Assembly (NCBI GenBank): GCA_041667185.1
Contig: JBAYFM010000004.1
Coordinates: 9,097-73,096 of the forward strand
Source of the DNA: Patescibacteria group bacterium
GTDB taxonomy: Bacteria; Patescibacteriota; Patescibacteriia; SG8-24
Direction of reading: 5' to 3'
DNA: 64,000 nucleotides
The notes under the pieces were generated by a model that was given only the letters and a program-made list of their open reading frames with translations, did no database searches and had not been told where the DNA came from. The translations under genes were made by a program, and so were the position numbers. Of this stretch, positions 26,081 to 36,600 are shown piece by piece. Numbering within the stretch: position 1 is the stretch's first letter; the number at the start of each line of letters is the position of its first letter.

Positions 26081-27337
26081 TCAGTGGACCATCGCGCCAA
26101 ACCACTTCTTGAGATGCTCGGTGACTTTTTCGACCGGTTTGGATTTCGACCACTCGCCCTTGCGGCGCGCGGGCGTTTCCTCAGCTTCCCGCATCGCCCA
26201 CTGCATGAGTCCGATGGCGGTCGTGTAGCCGAGATCCGTGACCTTGTCCGTGATCGAAGTGACGCCGATGGGATAGCCGAGCGAAACCGGCAGACGCAAT
26301 TTTTGCTTGGCCAGGTCAGTGAGTCCGGCGACCTTGGCGCCGCCGCCGGTGATCACGATACCGGCCGGCAGCATGCCGCTCCGGTCGATCTTCTTGAGTT
26401 CGCCATCGACTTTCTCCAGGATCTCCTCGGCCCGGGACTGGATGATGTTGGCGACGTATTTCAAGGAGACCATCTCATCCGAATCAGCGCCCATCTCCTT
26501 CAGATTGATCTCTTCGCGTTTGGTAAGATCCTTGGAGACCGCGCGGCCGTAATTCAGTTTGACCTTCTCGGCAATGTCGATCGACGTCCTGAGCCCGATG
26601 GCGATGTCGCTCGTGATGTGGTCGGCGCCGATGGGCAAGGTCGCAAGATGCATGATATCGCCCTGCTCGAAGACCACGATCGAGGTGGTCGAACCGCCGA
26701 TATTCACGACCGCCACGCCCAATTCTTTCTGCCGGGGCGTCACGACGACCTCGGCCGCGGCCAGGATGCCAAGCACCAGATCATCGATATTGACGCCGGT
26801 GCGATAAACGCATTTGGTGAGATTCTTGATATGTGCGGAAAGCCCCTGGACGATCTGCGCGTCGACCTCGAGCCTGATGCCGGTCATGCCGACCGGGTCC
26901 TTGACCCCCGGCTGGGAGTCGACGGTGAAGGTCTTGGGGATGACGTGAATGATCTCGAAATTGACCGGGGTGGCGATATTCTGCGCGGCCTCGATCGCCC
27001 GCACGACATCATCTTCGCGGATCTCGCCGTCCGGACGGGCCACCGCGACCACGCCTTTGCTCACGAGCGAAGAGACGTGCGTTCCCGGAATGGCGATCAT
27101 AGCGGAACTCACCGGTACGCCGGTCATCCGCTCGACGCGCTCCAAGCAGCTCGAAACCGTCGAGACGGCATCCTCGATCGAGATGACCGTGCCGCGGGAG
27201 ACACCCTCGGAAACCGTTTCCGCGGCGCCGAGGATGTGGACCGATTCCTTGTCGCCGACAGGCAAACGCTGCCCGACCACGATGCGGACGGCGCACGAAC
27301 CGATGTCTATTCCGGCGAAAATCTGATCATTGGGCAT
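26081..27337 (-). CDS. ftsA: Cell division protein FtsA
   Basis: GIDIGS; DPVGMTGIRLE; NIGGSTT; VITGGGA. Confidence 0.96.
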   Translation of the reverse strand: MPNDQIFAGIDIGSCAVRIVVGQRLPVGDKESVHILGAAETVSEGVSRGTVISIEDAVSTVSSCLERVERMTGVPVSSAMIAIPGTHVSSLVSKGVVAVARPDGEIREDDVVRAIEAAQNIATPVNFEIIHVIPKTFTVDSQPGVKDPVGMTGIRLEVDAQIVQGLSAHIKNLTKCVYRTGVNIDDLVLGILAAAEVVVTPRQKELGVAVVNIGGSTTSIVVFEQGDIMHLATLPIGADHITSDIAIGLRTSIDIAEKVKLNYGRAVSKDLTKREEINLKEMGADSDEMVSLKYVANIIQSRAEEILEKVDGELKKIDRSGMLPAGIVITGGGAKVAGLTDLAKQKLRLPVSLGYPIGVTSITDKVTDLGYTTAIGLMQWAMREAEETPARRKGEWSKSKPVEKVTEHLKKWFGAMVH

Positions 27338-27371
27338 AACGCTCGACAAATGTTTGGCGCTGCGAGGCCGT

Positions 27372-27737
27372 TCAAACTAACGCCGCCAGGCGCGGACCGA
27401 AGATCAACACGGCGATGATCACGGATCCGATCGCGGCAGCAAAAACCGTGCCTGCCATGATATCCTTGATGTCTTCGACATACGGATGCAGGCGCGGTTT
27501 GAAGAGATCGACCATGCGTTCAAAAATACTGTTCAGCAATTCTAACACGAGCACAAGTGCAATAGCAAGCGTCAAAATCGACCGTTCCGCGCCGGAAAGA
27601 TCGAATACGGACATGAGGACGACGACCGCGGCGGCGGCGGCCAATTCAACGCGAAAATTCTGCTCTTCGCGGGCGACTTTGGCGATACCGCGGGCGGCGT
27701 AGCGGAAACTTTTGACTAATTTCTTCGGATCTAACAT
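27372..27737 (-). CDS. dgkA: Diacylglycerol/undecaprenol kinase
   Basis: SFRYAARGI..EQNFRVEL..ELLNSIFERMVD..IKDIMAG. Confidence 0.9.
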   Translation of the reverse strand: MLDPKKLVKSFRYAARGIAKVAREEQNFRVELAAAAAVVVLMSVFDLSGAERSILTLAIALVLVLELLNSIFERMVDLFKPRLHPYVEDIKDIMAGTVFAAAIGSVIIAVLIFGPRLAALV

Positions 27738-27750
27738 AGCATTCGCTCGA

Positions 27751-28200
27751 TCAGAGGACTTTGGTCCTGAGCAGGACTTCTTGTTGGAGAAAAAACATCT
27801 TTTTTTCGCGGGCCGGGACGTTGTGATCGTAACCAAGGAGGTGGAGGAACCCGTGGACGATGACGAGAGCGAGTTCCTGCGCGCAAGGCCGGCCGATCTC
27901 GGCCGCCTGGCGGCGCACGCGGCCGGGACAGACGATGAGATCGCCGAGTCCGCCGCTGTCGGACAGGCGACGTTCTTTCCGGTCGAGCTCGTGATAGGCG
28001 AAAGACAGGACGTCGGTCGGCCGATCGAGACCGCGACGCTCGCGATTCAGCCGCCGCATTTCCGGCTCGCTCACGAAGACGATCGAGATCGCGGCCGCGC
28101 CGCTCCAACCAGCCAGCCGGAAAGACATGGCGAGTAATTTTTGCAGAGGCAGTTCCCGGAGACACGCCGGCGGACGACCATGAAGATCAACGCTCACCAT
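27751..28200 (-). CDS. ybeY: rRNA maturation endoribonuclease
   Basis: RPTDVLSF; HGFLHLLGYDH. Confidence 0.95.
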   Translation of the reverse strand: MVSVDLHGRPPACLRELPLQKLLAMSFRLAGWSGAAAISIVFVSEPEMRRLNRERRGLDRPTDVLSFAYHELDRKERRLSDSGGLGDLIVCPGRVRRQAAEIGRPCAQELALVIVHGFLHLLGYDHNVPAREKKMFFLQQEVLLRTKVL

Positions 28201-28277
28201 ACGCCTGAATCATACCGCAGGAGACGGGAATTGAAAACCGCTCCGGAACATTCCGGAGCGGTCGCAATTTCTTGGCT

Positions 28278-29453
28278 CTACTCAGCGACTTTCAGGCTAT
28301 TCACCACCATCTTGAAAGTGACCGCGTAATCAAGTTTATTCTGGCCTCCCAGATTATAACTCACGATGAATATGCGCTTGCCCGCAGCCACGAAGGCCGT
28401 CATCTTGTCCGGGCTCAGGATCTCCTCGTGACCGCCGAGAGTCTTAAGCAATTGAACCTCGGAACCCACGACGCCTGGCGATTGTTCCAGATACCAATCC
28501 AAGAGCGTCTTGTCCGTATCATTGGTTTCGACCAACACCTGGATGAACTCACCCTTGGGCGACGTGAAGTAGGTTTCCTTGCCATCTTCGCCTTTCTCGC
28601 TCACGACCCAGGAGGCCGGACGGAAGATCTCGTAACCCTGGACCGCGCTCTTGTAGACAGCGATCCCCGGATTATTCACGAGCAGGGCCGGGCGCGGCCG
28701 GGCCGGATCGAAAAGGTTGAGTACCTCGTTCAGATCAACGAAACTGTCGCCGTCGGAATCAGGATTGCTCATATCCGAGCCGTAGATGCCGGTCTCTTCC
28801 GCGTCGGTCACGCCGTCAAAATCAGAATCCGCTCCCGGAGTCGGTTCGGGAGGTTCGCAATCAGCGGCGCAGGTCTCGAGAGTCTCAGGTTCCTCGCATT
28901 TGTTGTCACCGCAGACCGGACCGGGCGGCACGCAATCAGCAGAACATGTTTCCACGGTCTCCGGCGCCTCGCATTTGTTGTCACCGCAGACCGGACCCGG
29001 GGACGGGCAGTCGGCCGGACAAACGGCGAAATTCTCGCCGCTTTCGCATCGGTTGTCGCCGCAGACCGGACCGGCCGGAATATTGGCGTTGGTATTGATC
29101 GCGGGCTGGACCGGACCCTTGGCCTTCTGTCCGGGCTGGTAGACCAGGAAATAATACGCAGCGCTGCCGCCGAGAGCTAGCAACAGGAAAATGACGATCA
29201 GGATGATCGGCAACGCGCTGCGTTTCTTGGGCTGCGGCGGTTTGGACGCTGGAGGATTAGCCGCTGCTGCCGGAGCCGGCACTGCCGGTTTCTTCGGCGG
29301 CTCGACCACTTTCTTCTTCAGAGCCGCGCCATAAAACTCATCCGGAATGACGTGGATGACGGTCTCGGAAGAGTTGGCGCCAGGCAAAGCCGCGGTGGGC
29401 GTGCCTGGCGGTTTCTCAAAACCCGGATTCGGAGCGATGTTCGGGGTGTCCAT
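28278..29453 (-). CDS. TM-anchored protein with three CGDNxCE Cys repeats and Ca-binding (TSP3-like) DxDxDG repeats
   Basis: PVCGDN(R/K)CE x3; DSDFDGVTDAEE; DSDGDSFVDLNE. Confidence 0.8.
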   Translation of the reverse strand: MDTPNIAPNPGFEKPPGTPTAALPGANSSETVIHVIPDEFYGAALKKKVVEPPKKPAVPAPAAAANPPASKPPQPKKRSALPIILIVIFLLLALGGSAAYYFLVYQPGQKAKGPVQPAINTNANIPAGPVCGDNRCESGENFAVCPADCPSPGPVCGDNKCEAPETVETCSADCVPPGPVCGDNKCEEPETLETCAADCEPPEPTPGADSDFDGVTDAEETGIYGSDMSNPDSDGDSFVDLNEVLNLFDPARPRPALLVNNPGIAVYKSAVQGYEIFRPASWVVSEKGEDGKETYFTSPKGEFIQVLVETNDTDKTLLDWYLEQSPGVVGSEVQLLKTLGGHEEILSPDKMTAFVAAGKRIFIVSYNLGGQNKLDYAVTFKMVVNSLKVAE

Positions 29454-29465
29454 GGGAATAGCGGC

Positions 29466-30068
29466 TTAGGGCGTCGGCGGCAGACCGGGCAATTTTCCCG
29501 GCCCCAGCGGATTATAGCCAGCCTTGACCTCGGCGCCATCAAGATAACCGTCACCGTCGGTATCCGGCTTCTTCGGGTCGGTCTTGTATTGGCGCACTTC
29601 TTCAAAGTCGGTCAATCCGTCGTTGTCGGTGTCAACGGCCTGCGGGTCGGTCCCGAGCTGCGCCTCCTCCATATCGGACAACCCATCGCCGTCGGAGTCG
29701 ATCGGAGCGGTCTCTACGGCTGGCGGGACGATCGGCTCCTGCGGCTGCGGTTCGGGTGCTTGCGGCGCGGCCGGTTCGGGCTGGGGCTCTTGGGCCTCCG
29801 GTTGGGTCGGCTGGGCTTCCACATCGGTCGCCGCGGCCTGATCCGTTGGCGCCGCCGGAGCGGGCGCCTGGCTGCGATTCAAAAAGAAATACGCGCCGCC
29901 GCCGATCGCGGCCAGAACGATGACGCCGACAAGACCAAGCAGAAGCTTATTGGGTCCGGCCGAATACGCAGCCTGGGGCGCGGGAACGCCAGAACCAGCC
30001 GGCTGGACCGGCCTGGGCTTGTCCACTTCCGCGAAAATATCTACCGGTTCTTTGGCGTCGTCGAACAT
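29466..30068 (-). CDS. TM-anchored TSP3-like Ca-binding repeat protein
   Basis: DSDGDGLSDMEE..DTDNDGLTDFEE..DTDGDGYLDGAE. Confidence 0.85.
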   Translation of the reverse strand: MFDDAKEPVDIFAEVDKPRPVQPAGSGVPAPQAAYSAGPNKLLLGLVGVIVLAAIGGGAYFFLNRSQAPAPAAPTDQAAATDVEAQPTQPEAQEPQPEPAAPQAPEPQPQEPIVPPAVETAPIDSDGDGLSDMEEAQLGTDPQAVDTDNDGLTDFEEVRQYKTDPKKPDTDGDGYLDGAEVKAGYNPLGPGKLPGLPPTP

Positions 30069-30257
30069 AAATTTATGTTATCTCAGCGAAAATACTACAA
30101 GCGATACCACAACCATTGTTTATTTCTTTGAGCTTATGATACAGCGGAATTCTTCTGTATTTATCATATCACATCTTTAGACCCGTTTCTATCACCCAAA
30201 ATCGTCGCTAAAACCAAAATCATCTTCCCCAGCCAGGGAGGACGATCTTTTGCGGAC

Positions 30258-30671
30258 TTATTTGCCTTTGACCAGCGGATCGCGGCCGGAACGATATTCT
30301 TCGCTGTCCGAAAGGCCGTCGCCGTCAGTATCGCTCTTGAGAGGGTTTGTCTTGAAGTTGTAATACTCGGCTCCGTCTCCAAGAGTGTCGCCGTCCGTGT
30401 CCCAATTATTCGGGTCAGTCCCGAGTTTGGCCTCTTCCGCAACCGTAAGACCGTCGCCGTCATCATCACCTGAAAGCGGCACTGGGACTGAAGGAGTATC
30501 CTGGCGCGGTTGTTGCTCACCCGCCTCAACACCTGATCCCGACTGCCCTACCGGCACTTGTGCCGCATCTTCCAGAACGGATCGAGATCTCAGATAGAAC
30601 GCCAGAGCGCCACCACCCAACAGGACGACCACGAAAACCGACACGATGATAATGATGAGTTTCCGGTTCAT
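30258..30671 (-). CDS. TM-anchored TSP3-like Ca-binding repeat protein
   Basis: DDDGDGLTVAEE..DTDGDTLGDGAE..DTDGDGLSDSEE. Confidence 0.85.
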   Translation of the reverse strand: MNRKLIIIIVSVFVVVLLGGGALAFYLRSRSVLEDAAQVPVGQSGSGVEAGEQQPRQDTPSVPVPLSGDDDGDGLTVAEEAKLGTDPNNWDTDGDTLGDGAEYYNFKTNPLKSDTDGDGLSDSEEYRSGRDPLVKGK

Positions 30672-30683
30672 AAAGAATTGATC

Positions 30684-33600
30684 TTAAGGCGTGCTGGTCT
30701 GATAAACATTCTGCGGGGTCAACGTCGGCACTCCAGAGGTGGGTACGGTCATGTCGAAGATGTACCAGTTTCCCTTGGTATTACTCGTACTCACAGGAGC
30801 CGTGATCGAAGTCAGCTGATACGCGCCGTTGTGCCAGCTGATATACATCCGGGAATTGACTTGGGAGAAATAATCGTAGCCATTACCGCTGTAGTCATTC
30901 ACCCAGAATTTCCAGGTCCGCAGCACCGACCGATCATCATTCCACCGATATAACATTGTCTGCGGTGCGTAATCGAAAGTACCACAGGTGTTCCTGCCAT
31001 CTGGATGGTAGCAGGACAGGAAAGCGTTCGGATTAGTATTAGCCACGTCTTGATTGCCCGGACTGCCGTACGACACTGTCGCGCTGCCTGGATCAGGAAC
31101 CCAAAGATACGAATCAAGGAATCCGTTCAGGTCGCCATCCCAGATATATGCGGCCATGGCGTACCCGTAGGAAACCCGGGGCATCAGATAGAATTGCGGC
31201 GCCGACCAACTGTTCGCCGAACCGCTCGGAACGAACATCGAAGCTGCGTGATAACCGTTGACGTTGCGCTCCACGACCGCTCCAGAAAGGCCGGAAACGA
31301 CCAGATTATTGGCGGGCTTGAACGGCAGCACCTTGAGCCGGACGCGGCAGTGCGCCGGCGTGCCAGTGGTCTTGACCACGTCGGCCAGATTATAATTGCC
31401 GCTGGCATCGGTCTGGATCGCGATATTATTCGGCGAACGATCGACGCCGCAGACGCCGCCGAGTTTCTTGCCGTTGGCCCAGATGAAGATCCCTTCGGTC
31501 ACCTTGTCGTCGAGTCCGATCCAGCAATTGGCGCCGTTGCAGGCCGTCCGGACCTGTTCGTTCTTCGTCAGGTCGGCGATGGACGCGAGTCCGCCGTGAT
31601 TGGAGCAGGCCGACTTGGCGGAATCATAGTTCAAACCAGTGCCCGTGACCGTGAGGTCGTTGCAGACACCGCGGTCGGCCAATTGAGTGGACGAACAAGC
31701 CGCGTCGTTCCACGTGCCGTCAGGGTACATCTGCGCGCAATTCTCATTGCCATCAGGGGAGCCGGTCCAGTTATCCGGCTGCTGCGTCGCCCAGTTATTG
31801 AAGTTCAGGGTCGTATCGGCATTGCAGTCGGTGTCGCTGCCGCAAGTCGTGACGCGATCGTAGTTGCAGACCGCGGCCTGAGCCTCGACAGTCGCGCCGA
31901 CGATCGGAGTATTCACGAACATGGCGTCGCGCAGGTTTCCAGAAACAGCCATGCCTTCGCCAGGCCTGGTCCTGACCGTCCAGTTGTCATCGATCAGACT
32001 GTTGCAGTCATCGTCCTTGCCATTACATAGCTCTTTCGGATAGAAGACCAGGTCCATCGAGTTGGCTGGATTGCAATCGGCGACCTTGGCCAGCGTTGTC
32101 TTGGCGATATCCGGTCCGCCCCAGCAACCGGTGGACGGCGGCCAGGCCTGAATTTCGATCTCGCTGCCGGCGCAGGTCGTGATATTGAAAGAGATGTCGT
32201 AACTGCCATCGGCAGCCGTCATGACCTCCTTCAGATACGTAAGATTGCCGCCGTCCTTGCAATAGAGCTTGATCGGCGCATTGCCGACAACGCCCCTGCC
32301 GCCTTCAACCCTGAACACGCCCCTGATCTTCATCAGATTCTCATCAACCACGCCGTTGCAATTGTTGTCGCGGCCGTCGCAGACATCCTCGACACCCTCG
32401 GTCACCGAGAACGAACCGGTCTCGCCGGTGTCGCCGCTCTTCGTGTAGGTCAGGCTGAAATTCGGCCGCGAATCCCATTGGAGAGGTTCGCAATCCTTGG
32501 AGTTCGGCACGCCGTCGTTGTCGGCATCCGGATCGCAGGAATCCTTCAAGACGATCGGGTAGGACTGCGGCGGAGCGACGGGGTAGGGATTCGGGAACGG
32601 CCAGGAATTCGGCAGCTCCAACAAGTAGGCCTGCGGATTGAACAGGTTCCAGACGCCCTGCGGCGGCCGCACGTCACTATCTGTGTTGACCGTCGAGGAA
32701 TCGTTGCAGGCTTTGGATGACCGGTCGACGCAGGTCCGTTTGCAGGTCTTGGCGTCGCAGCTAGCCTGGCCGGTCTGGCGTCCGAAGACCTGGTCCTGCG
32801 GCCTGGTGCTGACGCAGATCCAGTTATTGATCCCGGTCTCGCCTTCGCACTCTTCCGGTCCGGGCGGATCATGCTCGAAATTCTCCAGGATGTTGTTGCC
32901 GCAGAAGCCGCCGGTGACGGTGCCGAGCTTGCAGGCCGACGTGCAGTAAGTGCAGTCCTGGCCATAGGCCGGACGGCAGCGCTGGCCGTTCAAAGCTCCC
33001 CCGTCGCACTGTTCGCCGCGCGCGGCGCTCACGAAACCGTCGCCGCAGACAGCGTTCTTGCAGTTGACGCAACCGTCGGCGGCATCGCTGTTGCCATCAT
33101 CACATTGTTCGCCGGTGTTCTTCACGCCATCACCGCAGCTGCCGGCTTCGGTGCAGCTCCAGTCGCCCCAGCGGCAGGCCAGCTGATCATCCTCCGTACC
33201 CGGCGCGTTGGCGTAGCAGGTGCGCCGCCAGCGCTTGTCATGATCGTTGGCATCGCAAAACTTGACGCAGGACCAATCCTGCCCGTTCGCGCCGAGGCCG
33301 CGGCAGTCGGCGTTGGTCGAACAGCCGGGCTGCGAAGACAGCTGCGTGCAGGTCGTCTGGTCCGCACCGGGCGGACAGCACAATTGCGGGTAATTCTGGA
33401 CTCCGCCGTCGCAGACCTCGCCAGAACCATTGATCTTGCTGTCGCCGCAGCGCGGACCCAGCTCTTTGCAATCCCAGGAACACGATGGCGCACCATTGAA
33501 ATTATATTGGCCGTTATCAGCGCCCAAATCACAGGCTTCGGAAGCCTGTTTCGCGCCGTCGCCGCAGCGCGGACCCAGACCGTTACAAGTCGAGTTGCAC

Positions 33601-36600
33601 TGGCCGTAAGTCCCGTTGAGCGGACCGTCATCGCAGAACTCGCCGGACTGTTTGATGCCGTCGCCGCAGGAGCCGACCGCGCACGCCCCCGGAGCCTGCC
33701 ATCTGCAATCCAAGCCGCAAGCTTTCCGCTGGACTCCCGGTCGCCCGCCGGATACGCAATCAATGATGGCCGGAGCCTGCCCTGGTTCGCACTCCTCCGG
33801 ATTGGCGCCGCCGATCTGCACCACGCCATCGCCGCAATAGCCCTGGGAGCCGATCTCCGTCATGGCTTGGCAGCGCGGGCCAAGATCGTAGTTCACGCCG
33901 CTCATGAGGAGCGCGCCGCCGCCCTGGGGCTGGCAGCCGGCTTCAGGAGACCAGGCGCACTCCGACTTGGCGACGCATTCGTTCTGCGTGGTGTTGTCGG
34001 GATCGCTGCCGTCGCGCACCTCGAAACAGGTCGAGCCAGCCCAGTACATCTTCGCGTTGGCGGCGCACTTGCCGCCGAACCAATTACAGAAACCGTCCTG
34101 CGCCAGACAGGTGTTCTGTTCGGCATAGGCCGTGCACAGATAATCCTGCCCGGTCTCGAAATCGGCGTAGAGACGGAAATCCTGGCCGCCGACGCTCTGG
34201 AACTCATAGACGTGCGACTCGGCCGGACAGCGATAGACCTTCTCCGCGGCATTCCAGCAAGTGGCGGGATCGAACTTGCGCTTGTCGGCGCAAACGCCGT
34301 TCTCGTAGACGCAGATCTCGGCGTGCTGATCGCAGGCGGCCTTGTTCGGATACTGCGAACAGTAACCGGAACACTGCATGAGCTTGTTGACCGGATCGGC
34401 CACGAGACCGAAACCGAGTTCGCTGGCGAGGACCGACGTCCACGAGCCCCAGCTGCTGATCGTGCGGCCGGGCAGGAAAGTCCCGGACTCGAGCTTGGGA
34501 TAGCCATCGCTCTTTTTGGCGACCAGCGCGTTCCGGAGCTGGACCAGATCGGTCCAGCGCTTCAAGTCGCGGATCAATTTATCCTTGTGAGCGCTGCAAT
34601 AGAGGCCGGCGCGCAGCGGGTCGAAGCCGCCGTTCTTGACGCGGCAATCGACGTCGGCCGAACACGGGATCGGCTTGCCATTGTCGAGCGCCTGCATCCC
34701 CTCCTGGGCGGCATCCACGCAGTAGCCTTTGTTACTGACGTTCAGATTGAAATTTATCTTGTTCAGGATCTGGTCGAAGATGGCCTGAGTCTCCGCCGCC
34801 GCCCCGTCGCTGTAAGACAGGATGTTGACGTTGGTGTACAACCGGCGCTGCTGCTCGGCGGCGATGTCAACCTTGGCCACTGCCAGGCTATAGACCGTCC
34901 GCCCCTCGCGCAAAGCCGGATAGCCATCCACCGTGGTCGCTGTCGGATTGCCGCTGAAGCCCTGTTTCTGGTACCAATCGCTGATGCTCAAATGATCCAG
35001 ATTGGACATGATGCGCAGACCGATGGCGTTCTTTTCCCAGGCTGTGGGCTTATCCGGGAAATTCGGGTCCAGCGGCCCCAAAGCGCGGTCGAACGTGAAC
35101 AGATACTCCCGCTGGATATCGCGGCCAGGCTGCAACGAGGCGTACTTGGACTCGTTCAGGGCCGGTAAGAAACCGACGGCCGGGGTGCGCGGAGCGCTGC
35201 TCGCGGCGCCAGCTTGAGCCAGGCGCCGGCTGGCGCTGCTCAGGGCCGAAGACGTCCGCGAAAGGACTTTAACGCCGCTTTCGTTCAGCGCCGGCAGATC
35301 ATCACCCTCGTCACCGCCCGCGGCGCCATCCCGACAATAATAGAAAGAAAGGTTCGTCGTGGGATCATAGAACGGGAACCACACCTGTTCGTCGCCGAGA
35401 CAGGACAAGCTCGCTCCCCTGGCGGCATCCCAGGGCAAACCATGAGCCTGAACGTCGGTGCATTTCCGCCAGGACGGCCAGGGATTCCGGCACAGCATGA
35501 CCGTGACCCTGGATTCGGCGCTGAGCGTCGAAGGCAGGCCCTGATCCAAGATCTCAGCGGCCACTCGGACCGACTGATCGCCATTGGCCGGGAACTTTTC
35601 GACCGGCGTCTTCCGGACCGAGACCCGGGCGGTTTCGGTTTCCTCCGGACGCGATCTGACGCAATCGGACGCCGCGGCGCAATTCTTGCAATCCGGACTA
35701 TTATCCGCCTCGCCGATCTCGCAGAAACCGTTTCCGACCGCGGGACCGACGACCGTCGGCGCGACCACGATCGGCGAATCGTCAGGCTGAACGTCCCAGA
35801 ACCATTTGAAACGATAATCCGGAGTGCTGTTCAGACTGGCCAGATCACCGCCGCGCGCCGGCTTGGCTTCGGCGACGAAATTCTGGTCGCCATCCAGCGA
35901 ATCCTCAGGATCAGGATATACGGCCGCGTTCGTGTCCTCGGCGGTCGTGAACAGGTGCGAGACCGGAGTCAGTACCACGGAATCGATCTTGCAGACAGCG
36001 CCAGCGGTCTTGAATTCCGACGGGCTCGAATCGTAAAGCGGCACGCCGCCCGCCGTCCGCAGCACCTCGCCGGCCGGACGCAAGCCGTCGGCGCCGCGCA
36101 AAAGTATCGTGTGCGTGACATTGGGCAGATAAGAACCGGCGGACATGAAGGTCACCAGCCGCGGCTTGACGACGAGGTCGCCGGGAACACGGCAATAACC
36201 GGCATCAGCAGCTCGAACCGGCGAGACAGCGCGTTCCAAGAGGTCGAAGAGGAAAGAGATCAACCGCGCCGGAGCCTGCCACCAGGCACTCGACCGGACC
36301 TCCGGCCGGAGAGACGTTTCGCCCCAGGGCCGCAGCTGTCCGTTGACCGGCTGCCGGTCGGCGCAGGTATCGCCTTCGCCGCAATCGGCGTCCGTCGAGC
36401 ACTGCTGGCCGGGTTTCTTGACGCAATATCTGACGGGCCGGCAGGAACCGCCGCAATCAGCGTTGGCGACGCAGGCAAGTCCGTTATTGGAACAGACGCT
36501 GGGCGCCTCCGCGGGCCGCGCAGCGCAAACGACGCCGAAAGAGCAGTCAGAATTGATCTGACAGCGCTCGCCGGTATCGGCGCAATATTTGGCCTGGATA

